The translations under genes were made by a program, and so were the position numbers. The notes under the pieces were generated by a model. That model saw nothing but the letters and a program-made list of their open reading frames with translations. It did not search any database and had not been told where the DNA came from. A stretch of 64,000 nt of DNA from Calditrichia bacterium (GTDB taxonomy: Bacteria; Calditrichota; Calditrichia; RBG-13-44-9; J075): the NCBI GenBank assembly GCA_050633245.1, contig JBOEGD010000011.1, positions 288,001-352,000 of the forward strand, in the 5' to 3' direction. Position 1 is the stretch's first letter; each line of letters begins with the position of its first letter. Positions 10,388 to 20,105 of this stretch are shown piece after piece.

Positions 10388-10456
10388 AACGTTGTTTTTG
10401 TTGAGAAAAATCAGGCTTTCCAAAGCTCTTACAGTTCAATCCGGAGTTCTAAGTAA

Positions 10457-11236
10457 ATGATCCTTGCTGTTGACGTGGGCAATACACATATCGAGATTGG
10501 TGTGTTTGAAGATGATACCTATCTCACAAGCTGGAGAATCGCTACTGCTGTTCATCGAACTGAAGATGAGCTGATGGCATTTATTCAGCAATTCTTACAG
10601 ACCATCGATCGCAATGTAAAAGATATAGCCGATGTTGCCATATCCTCCGTGGTGCCTACAATAACGCAAATATTCAGCAAGCTGACGGATAAATACTTCG
10701 ACATAGAGCCGCTTATAGTTGGACACGATCTTGATTTGGGGATAGAGGTGGATTACGAGCCAAAGTATTCTGTTGGGGCCGATCGTTTGTGCAATGCTGT
10801 CGCGGCAAGAGAAAAATATGGCTATCCGGCAATTGTTGTGGACTTTGGAACGGCTACTACGCTCGATGTGCTTGGCGTAAATGGTGAGTATCGTGGCGGT
10901 ATTATTACCCCTGGTTTGGAAATATCAGCTTGGGGTCTGTATGAAAGAGCAACCAAGTTGCCTAAGATTCCACTTGAATTTCCCGAGCATGCCATAGGGA
11001 GCAATACAGAGGCCAGCATCCAGTCTGGGATTATGTTCGGTACTGTGAAAATGATCGATGGCCTCATCGAAATGGCCATCTCTGAACTTGGCGGAAGACC
11101 AACGGTAATTGCGACCGGGGGAATAAGTGGATTGTTAGCCCCCAAAAGTATTCATATTCAGCATGTTGAGCCAAGCCTTGTTCTGGATGGTCTCATGCTG
11201 ATTTATAAGCGAAACAGAAGCAGCTCACAGAAGTAA
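10457..11236 (+). CDS. coaX: Type III pantothenate kinase
   Basis: DVGNT, VGADRL, VVDFGTATT, GGIITPG, IATGG. Confidence 0.95.
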   Translation: MILAVDVGNTHIEIGVFEDDTYLTSWRIATAVHRTEDELMAFIQQFLQTIDRNVKDIADVAISSVVPTITQIFSKLTDKYFDIEPLIVGHDLDLGIEVDYEPKYSVGADRLCNAVAAREKYGYPAIVVDFGTATTLDVLGVNGEYRGGIITPGLEISAWGLYERATKLPKIPLEFPEHAIGSNTEASIQSGIMFGTVKMIDGLIEMAISELGGRPTVIATGGISGLLAPKSIHIQHVEPSLVLDGLMLIYKRNRSSSQK

Positions 11237-11253
11237 AAGGTAATAGACTAATA

Positions 11254-14200
11254 GTGTTTCAACTTGTCATTCAAACAACCGATCAAAAGCTTACCCAGCT
11301 TTTAGAGCAGCAACTGATTCTGGATAATGTGGAAATCTTTAAGGTTTCGACATTGCTGGATGCAGAGCAGCTCTTTGCGCGGATCAAGGCCGATCTGTTT
11401 GTTCTAACCGTTGAAGCTGAAGTAAACAGTATGCGCGGTGCAATTCATACCGTCAACACTATTTGTGAAGGTGATAATTCCTCGGTTGTCTTGCTGCTTG
11501 GTGAACAGGTTGATGTTAATGAACTTCGTCTGTCGATCAAAAATGATCGCGTTAGCTATCAGGATGCAAATTCAGACATAGACTTGCTTTCGGCAAATAT
11601 TGCATCCATTATTTCCATCGAAAGACGATTAAAGCGCAGTCATCACCAAGAGCGATTTGAAGAGTTTCTCGAAACGTTTCAGCAGGCTATCCGCAATGAA
11701 GGGGATTCCTCAAAGCTGTTCAGCCTTTTTGTAAATGTGATACCCAAACTCCTCTCCGTAAAGTATGTGACGCTAGCGGCTCTGGATAGCAAGCTATCCA
11801 ATTTGCACTACCATGCTCAGTTTCAGCCGCCAATGCAACCTCTTTCTGCAGCCACGCAAAGCCACATCACGGCCATTTTGCAAAAGTGTATTAAGGTGGG
11901 GGAGGCGCAGCTGTTGACGCCGCGAAATCGTCCGGAGCTTTTTCAGCAGATACGTGGTGAAGGCTGGAAAGTAGATCGCCTTAAGTTTCTTCCCATGCTC
12001 CACAATGAAATCTCAATTGGCGGCTTGCTGATGGCTGCCAAAGATATTGATAATCGTTTAGCCGACTCAGAACAGTTGCTTAATCGTGCACTTTCTATGC
12101 TTTCCAAACGACTGACCACTGAACATCTAGAGATAACGAGAGATGATGATGATCGTTCATTTTCCGATAAACTCATCTCCAACCATTTAGATCAATCGTC
12201 TATTCTACAGCATGCGTCTAAGGAGCTTGCCCGGGTTACGCGTGCCTCCAGCGCGATATTCTGGCAGTACAACAAGGGATTCGGCTTTCTTTTTCCCAAG
12301 CACTCATACTTTTCAACTTCTCATTCCAAAGTAGAGGGGTTGGAAAAAAATCTGATCTTTCTGGCCAAAGAAAAGTATTTGGCGGAACTGATAAACAAAG
12401 GACTCTTCAAACGGATTGAGTCTATCGGTGAAGATGATCGGCTTGCTGAATCGACGCAAAGCACGTTCCAAAAAGTGAATTATAAGAATGCCCTGCTGAT
12501 GCCCGTTCGCCTGCAGAATGAAATCTCCGGTTTGTTCATCGTCAACAAAACCAGCGAGAGCGACCCAATAAGCCTGTGGGAAGTTTATAAGGCTGAAGAG
12601 GTGCTAAAGCGAACCCAAACAGTGCTGGAAGATTCAAATACTGTCAAAGAGGCGAACTTCAAGCTGAAGCAGCTTGCGCGCATTTTTGAGTTGGGCAGTG
12701 AGATAAAGCTGGATGTCTCGTTAAAAGAGATCCTCAGGCGTATTATTAACAGCGTGCGTAAAACTCTCGGCTGGAATGACATCGCCATTCTTCTGGAAGA
12801 TGAGCTGGGCGAAAATCTCTCGTTGGACATTTCACTGGGGTTTGATAATCCGGCAAAATACAACAATTTGCCGCTAAGCAAGCCTATGCCTGTGAAGTCG
12901 TTTATGGGCTTCCTGAAGCAGTGTGAACAAATCAGCAGTTCGTATTTCTACGATGCCCGCAGCAAGTTGACACAGCCGAATGACAAAACCGGGCCGCTGA
13001 ATCTTACCGAGTGGGATTCTTCTGATCTGCTTGTCATACCACTGGAAACGCGAAATGAAATATTGGGCTACCTCGCTGTTGGCGATCCGGTCGATCGCCT
13101 CAAGCCAACTCCCGAGAAGGTTGTTCCGCTGGAATACTATGCCAACCAGGCGTCCGTTGCAGTTGAAAACACGAATCTCTATGAGCGTCTGAAAGCCAGT
13201 CAGGAGCGCTATCGATCTCTGGCTGAAACAATGAGCATGGGGCTTCTTACTTGTAACAAGCATCAACAGATTGCTTACGTGAATCCTGCGTTTTGCAAAC
13301 TGCTCGGGCGGGATATGCAAGACTTGATAGGATTACAGCTAAAGGAATTCTTCTCTCTGACATCTCATGAAGGATTAGATGAGGTGATCGATAAGCTGCT
13401 TGATCAGGAAAGCGATGAGCTTACCAAAATAGAAAACCTTGAATTCGATCTGAAGAGTAAAAGCGGTGAGGTTGTACCGGTCTCATTGTTTGGGTTCCCG
13501 CTCTTTGAACAGCGCGTAAAAACCGGTTTTTTTCTAATCCTTAACGACTTGCGCGTCATTAAACGCCTGGAGCGAATGAAGTCGGACTTCAATTCCATGA
13601 TCGTGCACGATCTGCGCTCTCCCATGAACGTCATTCAGGGTTTTCTTGAGCTAATACGCAATAAAGTTGTAGGTGATGTGAATGAGGAGCAGGAAGAACT
13701 TCTGGATATCTCCAAAGAGAATGTCAAAAAAGTGCTTACTCTGGTAGACAACTTTCTTGTGGCTTCCAAGCTGGAGGTTGGCAAGTTTCGCATCGACAAA
13801 AAACTGGATGAAATTAATAATCTGGTTCGTCAGCAGGTTGAGAATCACAAAGTGCTGGTTAAGAATAAACAGATAGACATGCAGCTGAATCTTGATGAAA
13901 ACCTTCCGTTACTGCAGTTTGATAGTCTTCGCATCGAGCAGGTTGTAAATAACTTGTTGAGCAATGCCATGAAATTTACGCCGGAGCGTGGTAAGATCTT
14001 TGTCGCCTCGGCGCTTGAAAAATCTCAGGAAAATGGCAGCCTGAAGTACTTTGCCAAAATATCGGTTCAGGATACCGGTATTGGAATTCCTGTGGCAAAG
14101 ATCGCTCATATTTTTGAGAAATATGAACAGGTTGAGGAAGGGCAAAGCTTTAATGTCCGTGGTACCGGCTTGGGGCTCTCTATCTGTAAAGAAATCGTCG

Positions 14201-14310
14201 ATCTTCACAACGGCCGCATTTGGGTGGAGAGTCCAACTGATGCCGGAAGTACCTTCTCATTTCTCCTGCCAATTGATTCTCCTGCAGAAACTGACCTGTC
14301 ACTTTCATAA
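11254..14310 (+). CDS. Cytoplasmic multi-sensor histidine kinase (pseudo-receiver, GAF repeats, PAS, HisKA, HATPase)
   Basis: IVHDLRSPM H-box, NLLSNAMKFT, DTGIGIP, GTGLGLSIC; PAS entry ERYRSLAETM...YVNPAF; GTG start. Confidence 0.9.
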   Translation: MFQLVIQTTDQKLTQLLEQQLILDNVEIFKVSTLLDAEQLFARIKADLFVLTVEAEVNSMRGAIHTVNTICEGDNSSVVLLLGEQVDVNELRLSIKNDRVSYQDANSDIDLLSANIASIISIERRLKRSHHQERFEEFLETFQQAIRNEGDSSKLFSLFVNVIPKLLSVKYVTLAALDSKLSNLHYHAQFQPPMQPLSAATQSHITAILQKCIKVGEAQLLTPRNRPELFQQIRGEGWKVDRLKFLPMLHNEISIGGLLMAAKDIDNRLADSEQLLNRALSMLSKRLTTEHLEITRDDDDRSFSDKLISNHLDQSSILQHASKELARVTRASSAIFWQYNKGFGFLFPKHSYFSTSHSKVEGLEKNLIFLAKEKYLAELINKGLFKRIESIGEDDRLAESTQSTFQKVNYKNALLMPVRLQNEISGLFIVNKTSESDPISLWEVYKAEEVLKRTQTVLEDSNTVKEANFKLKQLARIFELGSEIKLDVSLKEILRRIINSVRKTLGWNDIAILLEDELGENLSLDISLGFDNPAKYNNLPLSKPMPVKSFMGFLKQCEQISSSYFYDARSKLTQPNDKTGPLNLTEWDSSDLLVIPLETRNEILGYLAVGDPVDRLKPTPEKVVPLEYYANQASVAVENTNLYERLKASQERYRSLAETMSMGLLTCNKHQQIAYVNPAFCKLLGRDMQDLIGLQLKEFFSLTSHEGLDEVIDKLLDQESDELTKIENLEFDLKSKSGEVVPVSLFGFPLFEQRVKTGFFLILNDLRVIKRLERMKSDFNSMIVHDLRSPMNVIQGFLELIRNKVVGDVNEEQEELLDISKENVKKVLTLVDNFLVASKLEVGKFRIDKKLDEINNLVRQQVENHKVLVKNKQIDMQLNLDENLPLLQFDSLRIEQVVNNLLSNAMKFTPERGKIFVASALEKSQENGSLKYFAKISVQDTGIGIPVAKIAHIFEKYEQVEEGQSFNVRGTGLGLSICKEIVDLHNGRIWVESPTDAGSTFSFLLPIDSPAETDLSLS

Positions 14311-14325
14311 ACTTTCTTTGGCGTT

Positions 14326-14353
14326 TTGACATTATCCTGCGTTTTGTTATGTT
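14326..14353 (+). promoter_or_regulatory. Sigma70-type promoter for mutS
   Basis: TTGACA (14326-14331), 16-nt spacer with TG extension, TATGTT (14348-14353). Confidence 0.55.
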
Positions 14354-14410
14354 TGTCTCGCCCATCACTCTAATCAGTGACTTTACTTGAACAAAAACAG
14401 GCTATAAGGC

Positions 14411-17041
14411 ATGTCTGCAAAATCTGGTGCTAAATCGTCTAAAACGACTCCGATGATGGAGCAGTATCTCGAGATAAAGTCTCGATATCAGGATATGCTG
14501 CTTCTTTATCGCATGGGGGATTTTTACGAAACGTTTTATGAAGACGCCAAAACGGTTTCGCGGGTTGTTGGCATTGCCCTCACCAAACGAGCTCACGGTA
14601 AATCTGCTGACGTGCCGCTGGCCGGTTTCCCTTATCATGCGCTGGATAACTATTTGCCGAAGTTGGTAGACGCCGGTTATCGGGTTGCTATTTGTGAGCA
14701 GGTGGAAGATCCGAAGAAGGCAAAAACTGTTGTAAAGCGCGACGTCGTTGAAGTCGTTACCCCCGGCACGGCACTCTCCGATAAAATACTGGATCGAAAT
14801 AGCAACAATTACCTGGCAGCAGTTACTGTAAGTGGCCAAGTTGCCGGAATTAGCTATGGAGATTTTTCAACCGGCGAGTTCTTTCTCTGCGAATTGGGCA
14901 TCGAGAATCTTGTCAACTATTTACTTGAAATAAACCCACGCGAACTGCTCGTTTCCAGGCGTCAATACGATGAAATCATCCCCTCGTTGGAACGCCGACT
15001 CCCGGCAATCGTTACTCGGATTGACGATTGGATTTTCTCGCATAAATTTGCCTATGAAACGCTTACACGCCATTTTGCGACATCGACCCTAAAGGGTTTT
15101 GGTGCAGAGGGTTACGAGTTAGGAACAACCTCTGCCGGTGCTATTCTGCATTATGCAGGAGAAAATGTTCAGGATCAGCTTCAGCATGTGCGTAAGCTGT
15201 CGGTTATCAGTCCGGATGAGTTCATGATCCTCGATCAATCTACCCGGCGGAATCTTGAAATAACAAGTGCTATTTCGGCGGAGACCAATGAAGGCACGCT
15301 GTTGGCCGTTATTGACCATACGATGACGCCGATGGGTGGTCGCCTTTTGCGGCAGCTGATAACACATCCACTGGTGCGCATGGCTGCAATTATTGAACGC
15401 CTCGAAAAAGTCGATGCGTTTTATCAGGATGCCGATTTATTACAATCTGCTCGCGAGCACCTGCGCAACATCGGAGATCTCGAGCGGCTTTATGGTCGAA
15501 TTACGACCGGGCGTGCCAGTCCGCGAGACTTGATTACGCTGCGCAATGCTCTCACGCATATAGAACCGCTTAAGAAAACGCTTGGCGACTCGACTGCTGA
15601 GGCGATTGCTGCCTATGTAGATGGATTGGCGGATACCGGACAGGTGATTGAAGAGATTTCCAGAGCTATGGTCGATGAGCCTCCACAGACTATAACAGAT
15701 GGCGGAATTATTCGCGAAGGATATAATGCCGAACTGGATGAGCTGCGCTCGATAAGCCGGGAGGGAAAATCCTGGATGGTCGATTTGCAAACGCGCGAAA
15801 AAGAAAGCAGTGGTATTCCATCGCTGAAAATCGGCTTTAACAAGGTTTTTGGGTATTACTTTGAAGTGACTCGGGCGCATCAGGATAAAGTGCCTGAACA
15901 TTTTATCAGAAAGCAGACTCTGGTGAATGCCGAGCGCTACATTACTCCGGATTTGAAGGAATTTGAAGAAAAGGTGCTTGGCGCAGAAGAGCGTATGTCT
16001 GAGCTGGAACACCGCTTGTTTCAGGAATTGCGCGAGCAGGTGGCGGGTTATGGAGAAACAATTCAACACAATGCACGTCTGATTGCAGAGATTGATGCAC
16101 TATCCGGAATGGCAAACGTCGCAAAAGAAAACAACTACGTAAAGCCCGAGGTAAACGACTCGGATGTGATTGACATCGTAGGTGGACGGCATCCGGTGGT
16201 AGAGCATCTACTTGGTCATGATAAGCCGTTTATTGATAACGACACTGCACTCCAGACGTCCGATACACAAATCATGTTGATTACCGGGCCGAACATGTCT
16301 GGAAAGTCTACGTATCTACGGCAGGTGGGGTTAATCACGCTTATGGCTCAGATTGGCTCGTTTGTCCCGGCAACAAAAGCTTCAATCGGCATCGTCGATC
16401 GCATTTTTACACGGGTAGGGGCCTCGGACAATCTTGCCTTCGGAGAAAGTACTTTCATGGTTGAGATGCTGGAATCGGCGAACATTCTCAATAACGCCAC
16501 CGCGCATAGTCTGATTCTACTCGACGAGATTGGGCGCGGAACCAGCACCTACGATGGACTGTCTATTGCATGGGCCTTAACCGAATATCTTCATCACAAC
16601 AAGAAGGTTGCTGCTCGAACTCTTTTCGCAACGCATTACCACGAGTTAACAGAGTTGGCGATGCTCTATCCACGCATAAAAAACTTCCGGGTTGCCGTTC
16701 AGGAGTATGAAGACCATGTTGTTTTTTTGCATAAGATAGAAGCGGGTGGCATGGATAACTCATACGGTATTTACGTCGCCCAAATGGCCGGACTGCCAAT
16801 CGACGTCGTTCGCAGGGCGCGAGAGGTCTTGCACAACCTTGAAAGCAGTGAACGCGAGAAGAATAAACCGTCTCGTATTAAAAACAGCGACAGCAGTGCA
16901 TTAGACAAGCAGCAGCTCAGTTTGTTTGCCCCCACGTCTTCTGTTGTCGAGAACGAGCTGCAGAAAATTGATTTGAACAATTTAACGCCAATTGATGCGT
17001 TGTTAAAGTTGCGAGAGCTGAAAGCACATCTGAAGAGCTAA
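14411..17041 (+). CDS. mutS: DNA mismatch repair protein MutS
   Basis: TPMMEQY, RMGDFYE, ITGPNMSGKSTYLRQ, STFMVEM, LDEIGRGTSTYDG, FATHYHEL. Confidence 0.98.
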   Translation: MSAKSGAKSSKTTPMMEQYLEIKSRYQDMLLLYRMGDFYETFYEDAKTVSRVVGIALTKRAHGKSADVPLAGFPYHALDNYLPKLVDAGYRVAICEQVEDPKKAKTVVKRDVVEVVTPGTALSDKILDRNSNNYLAAVTVSGQVAGISYGDFSTGEFFLCELGIENLVNYLLEINPRELLVSRRQYDEIIPSLERRLPAIVTRIDDWIFSHKFAYETLTRHFATSTLKGFGAEGYELGTTSAGAILHYAGENVQDQLQHVRKLSVISPDEFMILDQSTRRNLEITSAISAETNEGTLLAVIDHTMTPMGGRLLRQLITHPLVRMAAIIERLEKVDAFYQDADLLQSAREHLRNIGDLERLYGRITTGRASPRDLITLRNALTHIEPLKKTLGDSTAEAIAAYVDGLADTGQVIEEISRAMVDEPPQTITDGGIIREGYNAELDELRSISREGKSWMVDLQTREKESSGIPSLKIGFNKVFGYYFEVTRAHQDKVPEHFIRKQTLVNAERYITPDLKEFEEKVLGAEERMSELEHRLFQELREQVAGYGETIQHNARLIAEIDALSGMANVAKENNYVKPEVNDSDVIDIVGGRHPVVEHLLGHDKPFIDNDTALQTSDTQIMLITGPNMSGKSTYLRQVGLITLMAQIGSFVPATKASIGIVDRIFTRVGASDNLAFGESTFMVEMLESANILNNATAHSLILLDEIGRGTSTYDGLSIAWALTEYLHHNKKVAARTLFATHYHELTELAMLYPRIKNFRVAVQEYEDHVVFLHKIEAGGMDNSYGIYVAQMAGLPIDVVRRAREVLHNLESSEREKNKPSRIKNSDSSALDKQQLSLFAPTSSVVENELQKIDLNNLTPIDALLKLRELKAHLKS

Positions 17042-17096
17042 ATGCAACTTGTTTGTATGCAACTACTTAATTCTATAATATTTATAAAATTTAGCC

Positions 17097-17125
17097 TTGC
17101 AAAATTTAGCAGGTTCGGTTATCTT
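17097..17125 (+). promoter_or_regulatory. Sigma70-type promoter for the HU/IHF gene
   Basis: TTGCAA (17097-17102), 17-nt spacer, TATCTT (17120-17125). Confidence 0.55.
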
Positions 17126-17178
17126 CACTAAAATTTCAAACCTGCATACTCGTTACACTAGTCTTTGGAGGCGACTGT

Positions 17179-17502
17179 ATGAGAACCGTTACTAAGAAAG
17201 AAGTCGCAAAACGCGTCGCCAAAATGATGGGGCAGAAGATTTATATTACGGAAGATTTCGTAAATGCAGTCTTTCAGTCTCTCCGGGAGATCTTGAGTGA
17301 AGCAGATCCGGAAATCCGAATTGAGATTCGTGATTTTGGTGTGTTTGAAGTCAAGGAAACCAAGCCTAAGCCAAAAGCACGCAACCCGCGAACCGGACAG
17401 ATTATTTATGTTCCGGCCAGACGTAAAACCCATTTTAAACCGGGTAAACTATTGAAGGATATTTTAAAGGAACCGCTAGATCAAAATGATTCTTCAAAGT
17501 AG
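17179..17502 (+). CDS. HU/IHF family nucleoid DNA-binding protein
   Basis: TKKEV, IEIRDFGVFEV, ARNPRTG, HFKPGK; GGAGG RBS. Confidence 0.93.
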   Translation: MRTVTKKEVAKRVAKMMGQKIYITEDFVNAVFQSLREILSEADPEIRIEIRDFGVFEVKETKPKPKARNPRTGQIIYVPARRKTHFKPGKLLKDILKEPLDQNDSSK

Positions 17503-17543
17503 ACAATTTTTATTTAAAAATTTAATTCTTGCCAGTTTTATAT

Positions 17544-17575
17544 GCCGCTCTTCTGTTACCAAGGGGCGGCTTTTT
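17544..17575 (+). terminator. Intrinsic terminator after the HU/IHF gene
   Basis: GCCGCTCTT...AAGGGGCGGC stem (with GU pairs) followed by TTTTT. Confidence 0.7.
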
Positions 17576-17625
17576 CATATTAACCCACGTTTTAATTTTC
17601 TGGAATTGCAAGTCGGAGCCGCTTT

Positions 17626-18663
17626 ATGAGTCAGTCCTCTCGAAGCCCTTTGAAGGTTGCACTGGTCGGTTGTGGAGGCGTTGCACAGATTGTGCACCTG
17701 CCGATTTTAAACACGCTGAAGAATGTCGAGGTTGTTGCCCTTTGCGATATCGATACCCGAAAAGCATCAATACTGGCCAATCGCTTTAATATTGCACATA
17801 TTTATGATGACATTGTGCAGATGTTGGATACACATGAGCTGGACTTGGTGTTTATTCTCACTCCCAATAACATGCACTTACCCATGAGTCTGATTGCTCT
17901 GGAACATAAGGTGAATGTGTTTTTGGAAAGACCTGCTGCGCGCACCGCCGGTGAGGTTCAACGTATCGCGGATGCGGCCAAGCAGCATGGCTGCAGCGTG
18001 ATGGTGGGGATGCACAGTCGTTTTCGTCCAGACATCAAGGCAATCCGAAAGTTTGTATCGCAAAAGACTCTCGGAGATGTGTTCTTTATTCGTTCCCAGT
18101 GGATGCAGGCCGAATTTGAGGTGCTAAAACAGCCGTGGCTTTTGAGCAAGAGCATTGCTGGAGGTGGTGTGCTTATGGATCTTGGCGTCCAGCTGATCGA
18201 CACCACCTGGTGGATGTTGGGCAAACCAAAGCTGCGCAGTGTTATGGCGACCAGTCATCAAATAGACGCGAACCTGGAAGTAGAAGACTTCTGTAGCTTT
18301 CAGCTCAATTTTGAAGACAGCGCGACGCTGGCCTGTGATATCAGCTGGAATTTCCCGATCCCGCAGGACCGTTTTCACGCGGCTCTTTACTCTTCTATCG
18401 GATCGCTGACCCTTAATCCTTTCAATATTTCCAAGCTTTGGCAGGGAAAGCAAATTGATATGACGCCACCGGTACCGCGAAACGGAGCCATTCTCTTTCG
18501 TCAGGCCTATCAGAGTCAACTACAGCATATTGTCAATTTCCTGCAGGGTCGAGAAGAGAGTCTTGAATCGGATATTCAGGATGCGGTCGAAGTGCACAAA
18601 ATATTGGATACGCTTTACGCTTCACTTGCTGCCGGCGGATCATCCACTAATTTTTCGGGATAG
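17626..18663 (+). CDS. Gfo/Idh/MocA family oxidoreductase
   Basis: VALVGCGGVA Rossmann motif, LTPNNMH, FLERP, GGGVLMDLGVQLID. Confidence 0.9.
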   Translation: MSQSSRSPLKVALVGCGGVAQIVHLPILNTLKNVEVVALCDIDTRKASILANRFNIAHIYDDIVQMLDTHELDLVFILTPNNMHLPMSLIALEHKVNVFLERPAARTAGEVQRIADAAKQHGCSVMVGMHSRFRPDIKAIRKFVSQKTLGDVFFIRSQWMQAEFEVLKQPWLLSKSIAGGGVLMDLGVQLIDTTWWMLGKPKLRSVMATSHQIDANLEVEDFCSFQLNFEDSATLACDISWNFPIPQDRFHAALYSSIGSLTLNPFNISKLWQGKQIDMTPPVPRNGAILFRQAYQSQLQHIVNFLQGREESLESDIQDAVEVHKILDTLYASLAAGGSSTNFSG

Positions 18664-18669
18664 AGTGCA

Positions 18670-19320
18670 ATGAATGAGGATTTACCAACCCATGCCTTCA
18701 GCTTGTTGTTGCTGATTTTTGCAACACTGGTTGCGTCAATTCTCAGTAGTCCGCTTCAGGCGCAGTATGCCGGCAAGTCGAATGATGTCCTTGTGTCTGA
18801 GCTCTTGACAGAACGAATTCTACCTGTCATCGAGGAAAAGCTGGTCAATCCTTCACCGCTTCGTTTTACTACTCCCAAACCCAGCCCGTTAGCGACCTGG
18901 ATTGAGGCGAAATTAACTGAGGCTTGCCTTCAAAAAGAATATGTTGTTTATTCCAGCGCGGATAGCGTAAAGACAATCTCGCTGGTTCGCTTTTCGAACC
19001 CGCAGGTGAAGATCGTATATCAAGCCGCTGCTCGTAGTTGGAACCTGCGTACGTCTGAGTATTCGCGCGATGTGATGCTGACAATGCAGCTGGAAGTTGT
19101 TGATGCAAACGGTGTCGTTCAAGCGAGTATCCCGATAGAAGAAATCTATGCAGATCGCATATCTCGCAGCGACTTTGCAAGTCTGCAAAAGAGTCCTTTT
19201 AGCTTCCTTCGTGGAACAAAAAAAGATTCAGGGCTTATAAAACGCTGGTTAGAGCCTGTTGCGATGACAGCAGCTACGATGACGGTTATTTATCTTTTTT
19301 ATTCACTCAGGAGCAATTAA
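18670..19320 (+). CDS. Hypothetical envelope protein with N-terminal signal and C-terminal hydrophobic anchor
   Basis: Hydrophobic N-terminus; C-terminal WLEPVAMTAATMTVIYLFYSLRS; tight spacing before bamD. Confidence 0.7.
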   Translation: MNEDLPTHAFSLLLLIFATLVASILSSPLQAQYAGKSNDVLVSELLTERILPVIEEKLVNPSPLRFTTPKPSPLATWIEAKLTEACLQKEYVVYSSADSVKTISLVRFSNPQVKIVYQAAARSWNLRTSEYSRDVMLTMQLEVVDANGVVQASIPIEEIYADRISRSDFASLQKSPFSFLRGTKKDSGLIKRWLEPVAMTAATMTVIYLFYSLRSN

Positions 19321-19322
19321 CA

Positions 19323-20105
19323 ATGACGTTTAATTTGAAAAACTCTCTTTTACTTATAATAGCTGTTGCCTTTTTGGCAGCTTGTGGCGGCAACGTTCGC
19401 AAGCAGGATTTGGGTCCGGACGCGTATTTTGAATTTGCTAAGAACAAGTTCGATAATGGCGACTATGTAGAATCAATTACCGACTTTACCGTAATCGTGT
19501 TGAAGTTTAGCGGGAATCCGGTAGTTGATGATGCACAGTATTATCTCGCGGAAAGCCATTTTAAAGAGGGTGATTATATTATTGCCGTTGCAGAATACAA
19601 CAAACTTCTCAGCGATTACCCACAAAGCGAATACCGGGTGCTTGCTCAGTTTAAACGTGGAATGGCTTTTTATGAATTGTCTCCTCGGCCCGAACTCGAT
19701 CAGGAATACACGCGCCGTGCTATTCGTAGCTTTCAGGAGTTTGTTGAAGAAAATGCGGGTCATGAACTGACCCCCAAAGCCGAAGGCTATATCGCTGAAT
19801 TGCGTGGCAAGCTTGCCTTTAAGAAAATGACCGGTGGTGAGACCTACCGCAAAAAAGGTGAGTATGATGCGGCCATTATCTATTACGATTTGGTCATCAA
19901 AGAATATTTTGATTCTGCTCCCGCTGGTGATGCCATGTATTGGAAAGGGCACTGTCAACTTAAGACAAAGCAGTATGAAGAAGCTCAGACAACGCTAAGC
20001 CTTTTTCTTGAAAAATATCCGGAGCACAAAAATATCGGCAAGGCGAAGAAGATGATTGAGGAAGCACACGACAATCTGCAAAAGACTGCTAAAGGTGATT
20101 CCTGA
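19323..20105 (+). CDS. bamD: Outer membrane protein assembly factor BamD (lipoprotein)
   Basis: Lipobox FLAA-C; TPR motifs DAQYYLAESHF, DYPQSEY, ELDQEYTRRAI..FQEF, YDAAIIYY. Confidence 0.88.
   Translation: MTFNLKNSLLLIIAVAFLAACGGNVRKQDLGPDAYFEFAKNKFDNGDYVESITDFTVIVLKFSGNPVVDDAQYYLAESHFKEGDYIIAVAEYNKLLSDYPQSEYRVLAQFKRGMAFYELSPRPELDQEYTRRAIRSFQEFVEENAGHELTPKAEGYIAELRGKLAFKKMTGGETYRKKGEYDAAIIYYDLVIKEYFDSAPAGDAMYWKGHCQLKTKQYEEAQTTLSLFLEKYPEHKNIGKAKKMIEEAHDNLQKTAKGDS

Noticed and set aside
15440-16069. 209-aa minus-strand ORF and other 60-170-aa ORFs inside mutS, uvrB, pcrA, bamD and the TPR gene
   Set aside because: Antisense or out-of-frame shadows of well-supported genes.
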